DNA from: Verrucomicrobiota bacterium
GTDB lineage: Bacteria > Verrucomicrobiota > Verrucomicrobiia > Limisphaerales > CANJSG01
Length of the DNA stretch: 64,000 bases
Assembly (NCBI GenBank): GCA_038209745.1
Contig: JBBQXJ010000013.1
Location: 1-64,000, forward strand
Direction of reading: 5' to 3'
The notes beneath the pieces were generated by a model that was not told where the DNA came from, did no database searches, and saw only the letters and a list, made by a program, of their open reading frames with translations. Below are positions 19,016 through 28,202 of the stretch, in pieces (within the stretch, counting starts at the first letter, position 1; every line of letters starts with the position of its first letter). The position numbers were made by a program, and so were the translations under genes.

Positions 19016-19107
19016 GATGGAGGGAACCAGTCCCTGAAACCGCCTGCGACCCATTGCCCGGCGGTCTGCGCTGGGCTGAAGCAGGGAACGCGGAGGAAAA
19101 CCACTAA
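19016..19107 (+). pseudogene. internally deleted remnant of the dioxygenase 3' end
   Basis: Encodes WREPVPET-ACDPLPGGLRWAEAG versus WRERVPETVCE...YACDPLPGGLCWAESG in the gene at 17770-18465. Confidence 0.8.
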
Positions 19108-19290
19108 TCGGCGCTGATCCACGCGGAGGAAAACGGTCCTTCAAGCTGCAGCTCACGGGCCTCTCTATCAGCGTCGATCAGCGCAGATTAGCGGTTCAAA
19201 AGGTTTCTTCCTCTTTGCCACCTGCTCCTTCAACCGGCTAACGTCCCGCCCGTTCAAATCGGCAATCACCATTCGCAAATCGAAAATTTC
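19099..19290. repeat. inverted repeat pair plus AAATC-type heptamer run abutting the pfkB start
   Basis: AACCACTAATCGGCGCTGATC pairs with GATCAGCGCAGATTAGCGGTT (ends 19196); heptamers AAATCGG CAATCAC CATTCGC AAATCGA AAATTTC at 19256-19290. Confidence 0.7.
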
Positions 19291-20190
19291 ATGAGCGTTC
19301 TCATCGTCGGCTCGACCGCACTCGACTCCATCAAGACCCCCAAGTCCGAAAACCCGAAGCTGCTCGGCGGCTCGGCCAGCCACGCGGCGGTCGCGGCCAG
19401 CTTCTTCGCCCCGGTCAAGATGGTCGGCGTGGTCGGTGAGGATTTCCCCAAGAAGTATGTCGCGCTCTATCAGAAGCACGGCATCGACCTCGAAGGCCTC
19501 CAGCGGGAAGCGGGCAAGACCTTCCATTGGGCCGGTGAATACGAGGTGAACATGAACAACCGCCGCACGCTCACCACCGAGCTGGGCGTCTTCGAAAAAT
19601 TCACCCCGCACCTCCCCCAAAGCTACAAGAAGAGCCAATACGTGCTCCTCGCCAACATCGGTCCCTCCCTCCAGCACCATGTGCTCGACCAGATGGACAA
19701 GCCCAAGTTCGTCGTGGCCGACACCATGGATCTCTGGCTGAACATCGCCCTCGACGACCTCGTGCGCCTAATCAGGCGGGTGGACGGCTTCGTCCTCAAC
19801 GACAGCGAGGCGCACCAGCTCACCCAGGAGGACAACGTCTTCGCCGCGCTGAAGAAGATCCATCGGATGGGCCCCCAATACGTCATCATCAAGAAGGGTT
19901 CCCACGGCTCGATCCTGTCCGGACCCAAGGGCTGCTTCATCTGCCCGGCGTATCCGCTCCACAAGGTCGTGGATCCGACCGGAGCGGGCGACAGCTTCGT
20001 GGGCGGCATGATGGGCTATCTCTCCACCGCCAAGGGCTCGATCGAGCAGAACATCCGCAAGGCGATGGTCTACGGCAGCGTGACGGCGTCCTTCTGCTGC
20101 GAAGGCTTCGGCCTGAAGAAGACCACGGTGGCGACGCGCGGCGACATCGAGAAGCGCGTGGCCGAGCTGGAGAAGCTGACGCGGTTCTGA
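19291..20190 (+). CDS. PfkB family carbohydrate kinase
   Basis: LLGGSASHAAVAAS, IIKKGSHGS, DPTGAGDSFVGG. Confidence 0.95.
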   Translation: MSVLIVGSTALDSIKTPKSENPKLLGGSASHAAVAASFFAPVKMVGVVGEDFPKKYVALYQKHGIDLEGLQREAGKTFHWAGEYEVNMNNRRTLTTELGVFEKFTPHLPQSYKKSQYVLLANIGPSLQHHVLDQMDKPKFVVADTMDLWLNIALDDLVRLIRRVDGFVLNDSEAHQLTQEDNVFAALKKIHRMGPQYVIIKKGSHGSILSGPKGCFICPAYPLHKVVDPTGAGDSFVGGMMGYLSTAKGSIEQNIRKAMVYGSVTASFCCEGFGLKKTTVATRGDIEKRVAELEKLTRF

Positions 20191-20297
20191 GGGGACATCC
20201 GCCTCTATCGCGACCTGGCGAAGGACGATTGTCTGCCGCCATTTTCATTCCCCCGCTTGAAACCCGTTGGGCTCCCGCCAACACTCCGCCGACGCCG

Positions 20298-21971
20298 ATG
20301 CTCACCACGCTTCGCATCAAGAACCTCGCGCTCGTCGCGGACCTGACGCTGGAACTCCAGCCGGGCTACAACGCGATCACCGGCGAGACCGGCGCGGGCA
20401 AGTCCGTCATCATCGGCGCGCTCAGCCTCATCCTCGGCGAACGAGCCGACCGCAATTTGATCCGCTCCGGCGCGGACGCGTGTTCGGTCGAGGCGATCTT
20501 CGACGTCGAGGACCTGAAATTTTCCCTCAGCGCGTTCCTGGACGAGAACGGGCTCGAATCCGTGGAAGACGACCAACTCGTCCTGAAGCGCACCTTCACC
20601 GCCGCCGGCACCAACCGGCAGTTCGTCAACGGCTCGCCCACGACCCTGGCCACCCTGGCCAGACTCGGCGAGGCGTTGGTCGACATGCACGGCCCGCACG
20701 ACCACCAGTCGCTGCTGCATCCCTCGAAGCAACTGGAGATCCTCGACGCTTTCGGCGATCTGGAAGGATTGCGCGACGACTTCGCCGCCTCCGCCGCCAA
20801 GCTCGCCTCGGTCGAGAGCGAGAAGTCGGGCTTGATCGTCGACGAAACGACCTACGCCAAGCAGATCGACCTGCTCCGGTTCCAGGTCCACGAGATCACC
20901 AACGCCCGCCTCCAACCCGCCGAGGAAGAGACCCTGACCGAGGACTACAACCGCGCGAGCAACGCCGCGAAGATCCTCCAGCTTTGCCAGGGCGCTCTGG
21001 GTGTCCTGAGCGAAGACGATTCCGCCATCACGGCGATGATGGGCGCGCTCGGCCGGCAATTGACCGAACTGCGACGAGTCGATCCGGGCGCGGAAACCCT
21101 CGTCGAAACCCACGAACAAATCTCCTCGTCGCTCCAGGATCTACAGGGCGACCTGCGCGGCTACGCGGACAAGGTGGACGTCGATCCGGAGCGGCTGGCG
21201 GCGCTGGAGGAACGGATGAATCTCGTCCAGACCTTGAAGCGCAAATACGGCGGATCGCTCGACGACGTCATCGCGTTCGGCGAAGAAGCCGCCGCCAAAT
21301 TGGAGTCGTTGGAACAACGCGACGGCGAGCTGGCGCGGCTCAATTCCGAAATCCAGCGGCTGCGGAAAGAACTTACCGCCCTGGGCCAATCTCTCTCGGT
21401 CGAGCGCCGCAAGATCATCCCCAAACTGTCCAAAGCCGCTGTCCGCCAACTTTCCGACCTGGGCTTCAAACAAAGCCACTTCGACATCGCCCTGACGAGC
21501 CATCCGCTGGGCGAAACGGGCCCGGCGTCGGGTTCTGGTTTGGACGTCGTCGAGTTCCAGTTTGCCCCGAATCCGGGCGAACCACCGCGGCCGCTCCGGG
21601 CCATCGCTTCGTCCGGGGAAATGGCTCGCGTCATGTTGGCCCTGAAGACGGTGCTCGCTGCGCAGGACTCCATCCCGGTGCTGGTTTTCGATGAAGTCGA
21701 CGCGAACGTCGGCGGAGAAACGGCGACCGTCGTCGGGCAGAAAATGCGGCAGATCGCGGATCGCCGACAGGTGCTCTGCATCACGCATCTTCCTGCCGTG
21801 GCCGCCGCCGCCAACGCCCACTACGTCGTCAGCAAGTCGGTCAAAGATGGCCGCACGATCTCGGAGATCCAGCAATTGACCCCCACGGATCGCGTCACTG
21901 AACTGGCCCGCATGCTGGGCGGCCAGAGCGACGCCGCCCGCCAGCACGCGGAAGCCTTGCTCCGGGACTAG
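20298..21971 (+). CDS. recN: DNA repair protein RecN
   Basis: ITGETGAGKSVIIGAL, long coiled coil, ASSGEMARVMLALK, LVFDEVDANVGG, QVLCITHLP. Confidence 0.97.
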   Translation: MLTTLRIKNLALVADLTLELQPGYNAITGETGAGKSVIIGALSLILGERADRNLIRSGADACSVEAIFDVEDLKFSLSAFLDENGLESVEDDQLVLKRTFTAAGTNRQFVNGSPTTLATLARLGEALVDMHGPHDHQSLLHPSKQLEILDAFGDLEGLRDDFAASAAKLASVESEKSGLIVDETTYAKQIDLLRFQVHEITNARLQPAEEETLTEDYNRASNAAKILQLCQGALGVLSEDDSAITAMMGALGRQLTELRRVDPGAETLVETHEQISSSLQDLQGDLRGYADKVDVDPERLAALEERMNLVQTLKRKYGGSLDDVIAFGEEAAAKLESLEQRDGELARLNSEIQRLRKELTALGQSLSVERRKIIPKLSKAAVRQLSDLGFKQSHFDIALTSHPLGETGPASGSGLDVVEFQFAPNPGEPPRPLRAIASSGEMARVMLALKTVLAAQDSIPVLVFDEVDANVGGETATVVGQKMRQIADRRQVLCITHLPAVAAAANAHYVVSKSVKDGRTISEIQQLTPTDRVTELARMLGGQSDAARQHAEALLRD

Positions 21972-22211
21972 CCGGAAGTTGAGGCGCCTCCAAAAGTGAA
22001 GCCCCTCGTTCTCGGTTCATCTCGCTCTTCGGTCCGATGACTCCTCGGTTCAGTCCACCTATCCAGTCAGGCAACCGCTTGCCGTGGTCTACAGCCCTCG
22101 TTCCAGCCGTGCGTCCGCGCTACGCCAAGCAATTTTCAGGTCTTACTACAAAATGGAGCTCGAAAACTGGAATGTGCCTTGTATACACAGTGCCAACACC
22201 CCTGAAGTCGT

Positions 22212-25200
22212 ATGAATCCCCGATCACCCTCGCTGCCCAAACTGGCTCGGGCGTTGATCCATTTGATGAGGAGCGGGTTGGTGGTTTCGGTGCTGATTCT
22301 CTCGTCGACCGTATCCTCTGCCGCTTTGGTCAATCGCTGGTCGTTCGCGGGCGCAAGCGGAGCGATCACGAACGGAACGGTCTTCGCCGACTCGGTCAAT
22401 GGGGCTTCCGCGCTGGTTCAAGGCCTCGGCGCCTCCGGCAACGGCGTCTCGATCACCCTTCCGGGGAATACGACGGGCGACGTGGGCCAGAGCGCGATCT
22501 CGGCCTACGTGGATCTGCCGAACGGCCTCGTCTCTTCCAAAGCGAATCTGACCATCGAGATCTGGGCCACGCCGCTTTCCTTCCAAACGTGGCAGCGCCT
22601 GATCGACTTCGGGAACATGGACATCGCGGGATTGGGCGGCGGAGCAGCGGGTGAAGTCACCGGAAACGGGACGATCACGCCCGGTGGCACGTCGTCCTCG
22701 GACAATCTCATGCTGGCGCTCTCGCGCGGTGCGAGCCTCGGCGAACAACGACTGGAAGGCCGGCTCGATGGCGGAACTTCCATCGTCGGCGACACCGATC
22801 TCCCCACCGTGGCCGGCACCCAGTATCACTACGTGCTCGTGTTCGACGACCGGGCCGGGACTTTCGGAGCAACGGGCGGCCAACTGCGCTGGTATCGGGA
22901 CGGCGCCTTCGTTTCCTCCGTCGATCTGGGGTTCCATCTCGCCGCGTTGAACGACGTGAACAATTGGCTGGGCCGTTCACAGTGGAGCGGTGACTCGAAC
23001 GCCAACGTGGCGCTCAACGAGGTCCGGATCTACGACGAGGCGTTGTCCGAGCAGCAGATTCTCGCCAGTTACGCGGCGGGACCGGACGCCAATTTTGGCG
23101 AGCCGACCGCGGTACCGGACACCTACTCGATGCACCGTGGCCAGAAGGCGTTGATCCCGGTCTTGGCGAATGATTCCGGTGCGATTGACCCGGGCACGGT
23201 CACGGTCGCGCAACCACCGCTCCACGGAACCGCCACAGCCCAAACCTCCGGGCGCGTTCTCTATGCGCACACGGGCGGCGCCGATTCTTCGGACACGTTC
23301 ACCTACAAGGTCGCCGGGCCGGGCGGAACTTCGGAACCGGCCACGGTGACGGTTCTTTTTGCCGACACGCTCCGGCTGACCAACAACACGCTCAATGTTC
23401 CGGCGAATCCGCCACCAACCGCGATCCAGCTCCAGACCGCCTTCACGGGGTTCTCCCAGCCGCTCTGCATCGCGACTCCGCCGGGCGAAACCAACAGGAT
23501 CTTCGTCTGCCAAAAGGGTGGCCTGCTCCGCGTGGTTCCAAACCTCGCGGCCGGTCCCGCATCCTCCAGCGTCTTCTTCAACCTGCCTGCGCTGCTGAGT
23601 TCGCGGGGCGAGGCCATCAGCACCGGGAGCGAACAAGGCCTGCTCGGATTGGCCTTCCATCCGGGTTACGCGACCAACGGCTTTTTCTACCTCTTCTACT
23701 CCGTGACCCGGAGCGGCTCGACCTATGAGCGCCTGTCCCGGTTCAGCGTCCAAACCGCCAATACGAACGCCGCCGACACCACGAGCGAGCTCGTCCTGAT
23801 CGAGCAGTTCGACCAGGCCGGCAACCACAATGGCGGCGATCTGCACTTCGGCCCCGACGGCTATCTCTATGTCGCGCTGGGAGACGAAGGCGGCGGCAAC
23901 GACCAATACAACAACAGCCAGAAGATCAACGGCGACTTCTTCTCCGGGCTGCTGCGGATCGATGTCGACAAGAAGCCGGGCAGCCTGGACCCGAACACCC
24001 ACGCCGCCGTGATCCGCGATGCCGGTGTCGCCCGCTACGCGATCCCCTCGGACAACCCGTTCGTCGGCGCGACCCGCTTCAACGGGATCTCCTTAAATCC
24101 GTCGTCGGTTCGGACGGAGTTCTGGGCGGTCGGGCTGCGCAATCCCTGGAGATTCTCCTTCGACGAAGCCAACGGCGATCTGTGGGTGGGCGACGTAGGC
24201 CAGGACCGCTACGAAGAAGTGGACCTCGTCACCAAGGGCGGCAACTACGGCTGGGCCTATCGCGAGGGCAAACACGCCGGCCCCAAGAGCCCGACCGCTG
24301 GGTTCACCTCCATCGATCCGATCTACGAATACAACCACGGTTCGGGAGCCCTTCAGGGGAATTCCATCACCGGCGGACGGATCTATCGCGGCACCCGCAT
24401 CTCCAGTCTCGTCGGTGCCTACGTCTTCGCCGACTACGTGTCCGGCAATATCTGGTCGCTGCGCCGCACCAATACGACCGTCTCAGTGGTGCGCATCACA
24501 GGGGAAGGCGGCATCGTCGGCTTCGGCGAAGACCCGTCCAACGGCGACCTGCTGCTGGCGGACATCGACGGCGGCCGCATCCTTCGCCTGGTCTCCAGCA
24601 CCCCCGCCGGCAGCTTCCCCGCCACGCTCTCCGACACCGGACTGTTCGCCGACCTGGCGGATCTCTCGCCCAATCCCGGTCTCCTGCCTTACGAGCCGAA
24701 CCTCGCCTTCTGGAGCGACCACGCGATCAAACGCCGCTGGTTCATCGTTCCCGATGCGACCAACACCCTCACCTGGTCGCGCGACGAACCTTGGACCTAT
24801 CCGGCGGGAATGGTCTGGGTGAAACACTTCGACCTCGAAATGGACCGCGGCAATCCCGCGACCAAGAAACGCATCGAAACCCGTTTGATCGTGAAGAACG
24901 CCTCCGGTGCCTACGGAGTCAGCTACCTCTGGAACGCCACCGGCACCGAAGCGACGCTGGCCCCGGATGAAGGCGTGGACTTCGCGTTGAACGTCACCAA
25001 TGCGGGTATCGTGGCGGAACAGAACTGGCATGTCCCGAGCCGCGCAGAATGCCTCGTCTGCCACACGCCGCAGGCCGGCTATTCTCTTTCGTTCAACACC
25101 CGCCAGCTCAACCGGACCAACGTGGTCCACGGCTTCGCCGGCAACCAACTGGACCTGCTCCGCGCCGCCGGCTACCTCGCCAACCAGCCGGATCCGGTGA

Positions 25201-25931
25201 ACACGCTGCCGCGCCACCACCCACCGATCGACGACTCGGTCTCCCTCGAAGCCCGCGTCCGATCCTATCTGGCGGTGAACTGCGCCTACTGCCACCAGGC
25301 CGGCGGCACGGCCCCGACCGCCTGGGGTGGCCGCCCCGAACTCACGCTCGACGCCACCGGTCTGGTCAATGGATCCGCCAACAACAACGGAGGAGACCCG
25401 GCCAACAAGCTCATCGTTCCGGGCGATGTTCTGCACTCCATCGTCTACCACCGCGCCGGCGCCACCAAAGGCTTCACCCGCATGCCGCCGTTGGCGACTT
25501 CGGAGGTCGATGCCGCCAATTTGGCGCTGCTCGCCCGGTGGATCACCGATTCGCTGCCGGCCCGCCAGTCCTTTGCCCAATGGCAGACGAGCACCTTCGG
25601 CAGTTCGGAAAATCCCGACGCCGCCGCCGGCGAAGACCCGGACCACGATCTTCAGACCAACCAGGAGGAGTTCCTCACCGGAACAAATCCCAAGCTGGCA
25701 ACCAGCCGCTTTGCCCCGTCCTTGGGGCTCACCGGCGGCATCGTGTCGCTGGCCTTCGACCTGCCGACGAACCGATCCTTTCAAATCGAGGTCTCGACCA
25801 ATCTAACCGCATGGACGGTGTGGAACGCCCCGGGCAACGATGGTTCGCCCGGGCCCGGAGGCGAAGAATCGGTCACCGGCGCAGCCGTCGGCGACCAGGA
25901 GTATTTCCGCGTGCGTCTCTGGGACAACTGA
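22212..25931 (+). CDS. secreted multidomain protein: LamG + Ig-like + PQQ-dependent sugar dehydrogenase + diheme cytochrome c
   Basis: Signal peptide; LamG end (NEVRIYDEALS); Ig-like DTFTYKV; GSDH motifs EQGLLGLAFHP, NHNGGDLHFGPDGYLY, GLRNPWRFSFD; CLVCH and CAYCH. Confidence 0.9.
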   Translation: MNPRSPSLPKLARALIHLMRSGLVVSVLILSSTVSSAALVNRWSFAGASGAITNGTVFADSVNGASALVQGLGASGNGVSITLPGNTTGDVGQSAISAYVDLPNGLVSSKANLTIEIWATPLSFQTWQRLIDFGNMDIAGLGGGAAGEVTGNGTITPGGTSSSDNLMLALSRGASLGEQRLEGRLDGGTSIVGDTDLPTVAGTQYHYVLVFDDRAGTFGATGGQLRWYRDGAFVSSVDLGFHLAALNDVNNWLGRSQWSGDSNANVALNEVRIYDEALSEQQILASYAAGPDANFGEPTAVPDTYSMHRGQKALIPVLANDSGAIDPGTVTVAQPPLHGTATAQTSGRVLYAHTGGADSSDTFTYKVAGPGGTSEPATVTVLFADTLRLTNNTLNVPANPPPTAIQLQTAFTGFSQPLCIATPPGETNRIFVCQKGGLLRVVPNLAAGPASSSVFFNLPALLSSRGEAISTGSEQGLLGLAFHPGYATNGFFYLFYSVTRSGSTYERLSRFSVQTANTNAADTTSELVLIEQFDQAGNHNGGDLHFGPDGYLYVALGDEGGGNDQYNNSQKINGDFFSGLLRIDVDKKPGSLDPNTHAAVIRDAGVARYAIPSDNPFVGATRFNGISLNPSSVRTEFWAVGLRNPWRFSFDEANGDLWVGDVGQDRYEEVDLVTKGGNYGWAYREGKHAGPKSPTAGFTSIDPIYEYNHGSGALQGNSITGGRIYRGTRISSLVGAYVFADYVSGNIWSLRRTNTTVSVVRITGEGGIVGFGEDPSNGDLLLADIDGGRILRLVSSTPAGSFPATLSDTGLFADLADLSPNPGLLPYEPNLAFWSDHAIKRRWFIVPDATNTLTWSRDEPWTYPAGMVWVKHFDLEMDRGNPATKKRIETRLIVKNASGAYGVSYLWNATGTEATLAPDEGVDFALNVTNAGIVAEQNWHVPSRAECLVCHTPQAGYSLSFNTRQLNRTNVVHGFAGNQLDLLRAAGYLANQPDPVNTLPRHHPPIDDSVSLEARVRSYLAVNCAYCHQAGGTAPTAWGGRPELTLDATGLVNGSANNNGGDPANKLIVPGDVLHSIVYHRAGATKGFTRMPPLATSEVDAANLALLARWITDSLPARQSFAQWQTSTFGSSENPDAAAGEDPDHDLQTNQEEFLTGTNPKLATSRFAPSLGLTGGIVSLAFDLPTNRSFQIEVSTNLTAWTVWNAPGNDGSPGPGGEESVTGAAVGDQEYFRVRLWDN

Positions 25932-26133
25932 GCCTCCGGGTTCGCGTCGTGCCGGGACAATCGCAAAAACGCCAAGGAGGCGAGGCGGGGTGCTGGGGAG
26001 AGACGTCCGGATGCCAATATGGGCAGTCCGGACCCTCAGCACTCCGGCTCCCTACGACGCGACAGGATTCCCTCTCCATCGGCAGAATTCCCATCTCGAC
26101 GAATTCCGGCCCATCCGCTTTGATGCCCCGCTA

Positions 26134-27990
26134 ATGCTGACGTTTTCGGGACTGAGCAAGACCTTCGCCGGGCGGACCCTCTTCGAGGACGCCACCCTGT
26201 CCATTTCCAACGGCAACCGCGTCGGTCTCGTGGGGCCAAATGGCGCGGGCAAGTCGACCCTGTTCAAGATCATCCTCGGCGAGGAATCGCCCGACGAGGG
26301 CCAGGTGACGCTCATCCGCGGCACCACCCTTGGCTTCCTGCCCCAGGAGAGCACGCCGGCCGGCGATGAAACCGTCCTCGAAATCGCCACCCAACACAGC
26401 GAGGGAGACGGCGCGTTGGAGGCCAAGGCCAAGCGCATCCTCTCCGGTCTGAGCTTCCGCGAGACCGATTTTGACCGGCCCGCCCGCGAGATGAGCGGCG
26501 GCTGGGTCATGCGCGCGCACCTGGCCCGGCTCCTGGTCTACGAGCCGGACCTGTTGATGTTGGACGAGCCGACGAACCACCTCGATCTGGATGCGCTCCT
26601 CTGGTTCCAAGGGTATTTGGAGGCGTATCCGGGCGCCATCCTCATGATCTCGCATGATCGCGAGTTCCTGAACCATCTCACGACCCACACGGTCGAGATC
26701 CGTCACAGCCGCCTTTTCCGCTACACCGGCAACTACGATTCCTACCTCGTTCAGCGAGCGGCCAACGAGATCCAGATGATCGCCGCGGCCACGAACACCC
26801 AGCGCAAGATCGACCAATTGCAGGAGTTCGTGGACCGCTTCGGTGCCAAGAGCTCCAAGGCCACGCAGGCCCAGAGCAAGCTGAAACAGATAGACCGTCT
26901 GCGCGAAGAAATGATCGCGCCGCCCGAAAGCGACGGCCCCACCGTCGGCTTCCGCTTTCCCCAACCCCAACGCAGCGGCCAGCGCGTCATCAAGCTTGAG
27001 GGCATCCACCACGCCTACGGCGTGAACAAGGTCTACGACGGCATCGACTTCGAGTGCGAACGCGGCCAGCGCATCGTCCTCGTGGGCCCCAACGGCGCGG
27101 GCAAATCCACCCTGCTCAAACTGTTGGCCGACGTCCTGAAGCCGCAGGCCGGAGTACGCACCCTCGGGCACAACGTAAAGGCCGGCTACTACTCCCAGTA
27201 TCGCATCGAGATGCTCCAGGCCGGACGCAGCGTGCTGGAAGAGGCGCTCGACACCCCGGCCCGGGTGACGGAGCAGCAGGTGCGGACTCTGCTCGGCAGC
27301 TTTCTCTTCCGGGGCGAGGATGTCTTCAAGAAGGTCACCGTGCTGAGCGGCGGAGAGAAGAGCCGCCTCGCGCTCGTGAAACTGCTGCTCGATCCGCCCA
27401 ACCTTCTGTTGATGGACGAGCCCACCACCCACCTCGACATGCCCAGCATCGACGCCTTGAGCGAGGCACTGAAGCAGTTCGAAGGAACGCTCATCTTCAT
27501 CAGCCACGACGTTTATTTCATCCGAGCCCTCGCCGATCACGTCATCCACGTGCGGGCCGGACAGCTGAAGGCCTTCCCGGGCGGATACCAATACTATCTG
27601 GACAAGACCGCCGTGGGGGAACGCGCGGGCCTGACCGCCGGAGCCAAGCCGACCCACTCCCAACCCGGCGCCCAGGACAAGGCCGCCGCCCCCGAGCCGA
27701 AGATCGACCGCAAGGAGCAGAAACGCCAGGAAGCTGCCCAGAGACAAGCCAAGTCCGACGCGAAGAAGAACCTCGAGAAACGGGTCCGCGACCTCGAAGC
27801 CGCCATCTCCAAGATGGAGGCCCGCAACAAGGAGATCGTCGCCCTGCTCGAACGTCCCGCGACCTACGAACCCGGGGGCGGCGCCTCGCAGCTGAACCGG
27901 GAACTGGCCGAAATCCACGTCCGCCTTCCCAAGATGCATTCCGAATGGGAATCCGCCTGCAACGGGCTGTCGACGGCCCTCGCTGCCTGA
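26134..27990 (+). CDS. ABC-F family ATP-binding protein
   Basis: Two GPNGAGKST Walker A motifs, MSGGW/LSGGE signatures, two DEPT motifs, no TM, C-terminal coiled coil. Confidence 0.96.
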   Translation: MLTFSGLSKTFAGRTLFEDATLSISNGNRVGLVGPNGAGKSTLFKIILGEESPDEGQVTLIRGTTLGFLPQESTPAGDETVLEIATQHSEGDGALEAKAKRILSGLSFRETDFDRPAREMSGGWVMRAHLARLLVYEPDLLMLDEPTNHLDLDALLWFQGYLEAYPGAILMISHDREFLNHLTTHTVEIRHSRLFRYTGNYDSYLVQRAANEIQMIAAATNTQRKIDQLQEFVDRFGAKSSKATQAQSKLKQIDRLREEMIAPPESDGPTVGFRFPQPQRSGQRVIKLEGIHHAYGVNKVYDGIDFECERGQRIVLVGPNGAGKSTLLKLLADVLKPQAGVRTLGHNVKAGYYSQYRIEMLQAGRSVLEEALDTPARVTEQQVRTLLGSFLFRGEDVFKKVTVLSGGEKSRLALVKLLLDPPNLLLMDEPTTHLDMPSIDALSEALKQFEGTLIFISHDVYFIRALADHVIHVRAGQLKAFPGGYQYYLDKTAVGERAGLTAGAKPTHSQPGAQDKAAAPEPKIDRKEQKRQEAAQRQAKSDAKKNLEKRVRDLEAAISKMEARNKEIVALLERPATYEPGGGASQLNRELAEIHVRLPKMHSEWESACNGLSTALAA

Positions 27991-28139
27991 AGCTTGCGCG
28001 GGTCGGCCGCTCCCCCAACCGAAGCCGGTGAATTTCGCGCTGTCCGCAGGCCAAAAAACCTCTCCACCGCACACCTGTGCCAATGGGGCGCGCGAGTGGG
28101 ACGACGCCCCGCCCGAGCGCGGATTCCGACTTCCACTGC

Positions 28140-28167
28140 TCAAGGCAGCGCCGCCGGGTGACGATAC
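28140..28167 (+). promoter_or_regulatory. sigma-28-like promoter
   Basis: TCAA-N16-GACGATAC, same spacing as the motif at 4462-4489, 35 nt upstream of the ATG at 28203. Confidence 0.5.
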
Positions 28168-28202
28168 AGGCTCAGGTCCATGCTTCAGAAAAGCACGCCA
28201 CC

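Noticed and set aside
22167..22183. Possible sigma-54 promoter CTGGAATGTGCCTTGTA
   Set aside because: The -12 element reads GT instead of the near-invariant GC and the -24 box is imperfect; too weak to call.
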